A DNA stretch of 64,000 nt from Macrostomum lignano. Taxonomy: Eukaryota. The notes under the pieces are model-generated. The model was given only the letters and a program-made list of their open reading frames with translations. It searched no databases and was not told the DNA's origin. This document shows, piece by piece, positions 61,701 through 64,000 of this stretch; the stretch's first letter is position 1; every line of letters begins with the position of its first letter. The stretch is taken from positions 248,001 through 312,000 of the forward strand of contig NIVC01000049.1 in assembly GCA_002269645.1 (NCBI GenBank). Direction: 5' to 3'. The position numbers and the translations under genes are program-made.

Positions 61701-62044
61701 TTATTATACTTTGAGCACAGTTGTTGATGTACCGGCTTATTTTTATTATGCTTCCTTTTTTAAACTTGCTTTTTAGGTTTTTTTATAGAGAAAACAGCAA
61801 ATAAGGCCGTACTACGTTCGAGGTACAGGGGGCTTGTGGAGCTTTTTTGATTGATAATCTCAGTTTCTCTTCGCTTCCGTTTAACATCGGTAATAAAGTC
61901 AGCTATGATTGATGACTGCTGTGAGACACCAAATGTTGCTCCGAGCTACAGACTGGCAACTGCTTCTGTCAACTAATTTTTCAGCAATTTTAAGAAAGAC
62001 AGCTGTACGTACTTGGCTTATATTCATAATCAACATAGCTATCT

Positions 62045-62465
62045 ATCTGGGGCTGACAGTGAGAGGGCATAGATAAGGAGAGGGGTAGACGGGGAGAGGC
62101 GGTAGACAGAGAAGGTAGACAGGGAGAGGGGGTAGACAGGGAGAGAGGGTAGACAGGGAGAGAGGGTAGACAGGGAGAGGGGGTAGACAGGGAGAGGGCA
62201 TAGATAAGGAGAGGGGTAGACGGGGAGAGGCGGTAGACAGAGAGAGGGTAGACAGGGAGAGAGGGTAGACAGGGAGAGGGGGTAGACAGGGAGAGGGCAT
62301 AGATAAGGAGGAGGGTAGACAGGGAGAGGGGATAGACAGAGAAGGTAGACAGGGAGAGGGGATAGGCATGGAGAGGGCATAGGTAGTGAGAGGGCATAAA
62401 CAGAGAGAGGGCACAGACAGGGAGATGGCGTAGGCAGGGAGATGGCGTAGGCAGGGAGAGGGCAA
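62045..62465. repeat. ~17-19-bp purine-rich minisatellite
   Basis: Unit approximately GGGTAGACAGGGAGA(G/GA). Confidence 0.85.
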
Positions 62466-62869
62466 AGACTAGGAAAAAAGATGAATGAGTTTGATTGAGA
62501 GGAAGGTAGATGTTGATGATAAAAAGCAAGGCAGGAGGAACAGTCTTTGGTATAGGGGCGCAAGTGACAAAATCGCATTCCGTAGGTGCGGGCGGATTAA
62601 GGAAGACGACATGCAGAGGATTTGCCTCTCGGTGTAAAATTACTCGAGACAGAGGAGGCTGGCTTCCCGGGAAGAATTAAAATTCCAGGCTTTGGAGGAA
62701 GGAAGAGCCTGCGGCGATGTAGGAGTGGGGCAGTCAGCAATCCGGGATTTCCTCACTCCTATGATGAGATTCGGCAGCAGTTTCACATTTCCATTTAAAT
62801 TGCGCAGGCTGCCCGAAATGGGAAGCTGATGACTCAGAGCTGAGCAGGCATGAGGCGTGTTGATCGAGA

Positions 62870-62986
62870 CTGCCTGTCTGTCTGCCTGTCTGCTTGTCTG
62901 TCTGTCTGGCTGGCTGCTTGTCTGTCTGCCTGCCTGTCTGTCTGTCTGTCTGTCTGGCTGGCTGCTTGTCTGTCTGCCTGCCTGCC

Positions 62987-63051
<65 letters not shown>

Positions 63052-63067
63052 TTCTGGTCGGCCTAAC

Positions 63068-63112
<45 letters not shown>

Positions 63113-63146
63113 GGCTGGCTGCTTGTCTGTCTGCCTGCCTGTCTGC
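62870..63146. repeat. (CTGT)n/(CTGC)n microsatellite
   Basis: Direct reading. Confidence 0.95.
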
Positions 63147-63250
63147 AGTGGTCGTGGCGGTGGCGCGAATTCGCGCCGACGCGAAAATGGCGCGAATTTT
63201 TCGAGGCTGGCGCGAGAAATTCTGATGGCTAATGGCGCGAAAATTTAGGG
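63146..63250 (+). mobile_element. Candidate hAT-type terminus with repeated GGCGCGAA subterminal motifs
   Basis: Begins CAGTGGTCG, carries several TGGCGCGA copies, and lies about 220 bp before the hATC ORF. No matching right end in the window. Confidence 0.4.
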
Positions 63251-63370
63251 AAAAAATCCCCCTTTTTCGCCATTGTTTTTTTTGTTTAGAACATTTAAAC
63301 TCCAGGCACCAATTGGAATAGTTATGCTTCGTGGTGTTCTGTACCTCCATAACTATTTTTACCTTCATAG

Positions 63371-64000
63371 TCGCATGTGAATGTCGGCAGCCTGGAGGTG
63401 GAGGCGCGTCTTCACCAGGAGGATGTGTCTACCTCTGCCCCGTCCGGCGACGTCGTCGGCTTCTGGGAGTCCGTTTTGAACGCTGGAAATCGTCCTCTGC
63501 TGATGAGACTAGTACGAGCACTCCTTGTTTTGCCCCATGGGAACGCTGAAGTTGAGCGGGTGTTCAGCCAACTGAGAGACACCATCACGAAGAAGCGGCA
63601 GAGCTTAGCGCCGTTCACGGTCAAAGCTCTTACTGTCACCCGATCGTGCCTGGATGTTCAGCAGTGGACTGCTGCGACGTTGCCCGTCACTCCGGCGCTT
63701 CAGAACATGTGTGCCAGCGCACATGCGGCATACCGTCAGCGGCTAAGGGACGAGTTGGCTGCCGAGGAACGGGAGCGGTCCCAGAAGCTGTCGGGGATGG
63801 TGTTTTCCGAAGTCGCAGCCGAGAAGAAGGCAAGCAAGGAGCTGAGCACCCTGCAGAGCGAGGCAGACGTCAAGGAGAAGGAGATTGAACAAAAAATCAA
63901 GGAGAAGGCTGCAGCGCTCCAACTGCTTGACGAGGTTAGGCGGAAGACTGAAGAGAGGGACAGAGAGCTCGAAGTCCTTCGCAAGGAGCAGGAGCGCATT
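63371..64000 (+). CDS. hAT-family transposase C-terminal dimerisation domain plus coiled coil; open at the window edge
   Basis: Missing from the ORF track because there is no stop before the edge. After acceptor CCTTCATAG| the frame reads SHVNVGSL...VVGFWESVL...LMRLVRALLVLPHGNAEVERVFSQL...KKRQSL, the hATC pattern FW...LxLPxxNAxxERxFS, followed by an E/K-rich coiled coil. 210 codons without a stop. Confidence 0.75.

Noticed and set aside
62575-62870. Upstream exon of the hAT ORF
   Set aside because: All three frames contain stops and no DDE or BED motifs are visible.

Overview
Eukaryotic, intron-rich animal DNA. The GC- and Ala/Ser-rich exons and minisatellite-filled introns suggest a free-living flatworm such as Macrostomum, but the organism is an inference. 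Gene content, left to right: (1) an 18-exon anoctamin/TMEM16 gene on the minus strand (1433-19905, 1031 aa assembled by hand from GT-AG junctions) with a non-canonical TM6 Ca2+ site and a candidate 15-nt microexon; (2) two-exon CCDC103 (minus); (3) a ~9.5-kb transposon-rich intergenic region containing a 4.1-kb TIR/TSD-bounded element with a decayed PHD finger, a LINE relic and a Tc1/mariner deletion derivative; (4) a three-exon PWWP2-like gene; (5) an EMSY ENT-domain gene with no usable ATG upstream of the ENT domain; (6) a tandem array of four torsin-activator (LAP1/LULL1, TOR1AIP-like) genes with near-identical Arg-finger C-termini and very different N-termini; (7) an orphan ORF (minus); (8) a hAT dimerisation-domain ORF running off the right edge. 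Several genes have a splice acceptor at or just before the start codon. Two have a phase-0 acceptor with no nearby ATG, which would fit spliced-leader trans-splicing supplying the initiator AUG. Most ORFs in the supplied track are translation artefacts of tandem repeats. No CRISPR array, rRNA gene or true tRNA gene was found.
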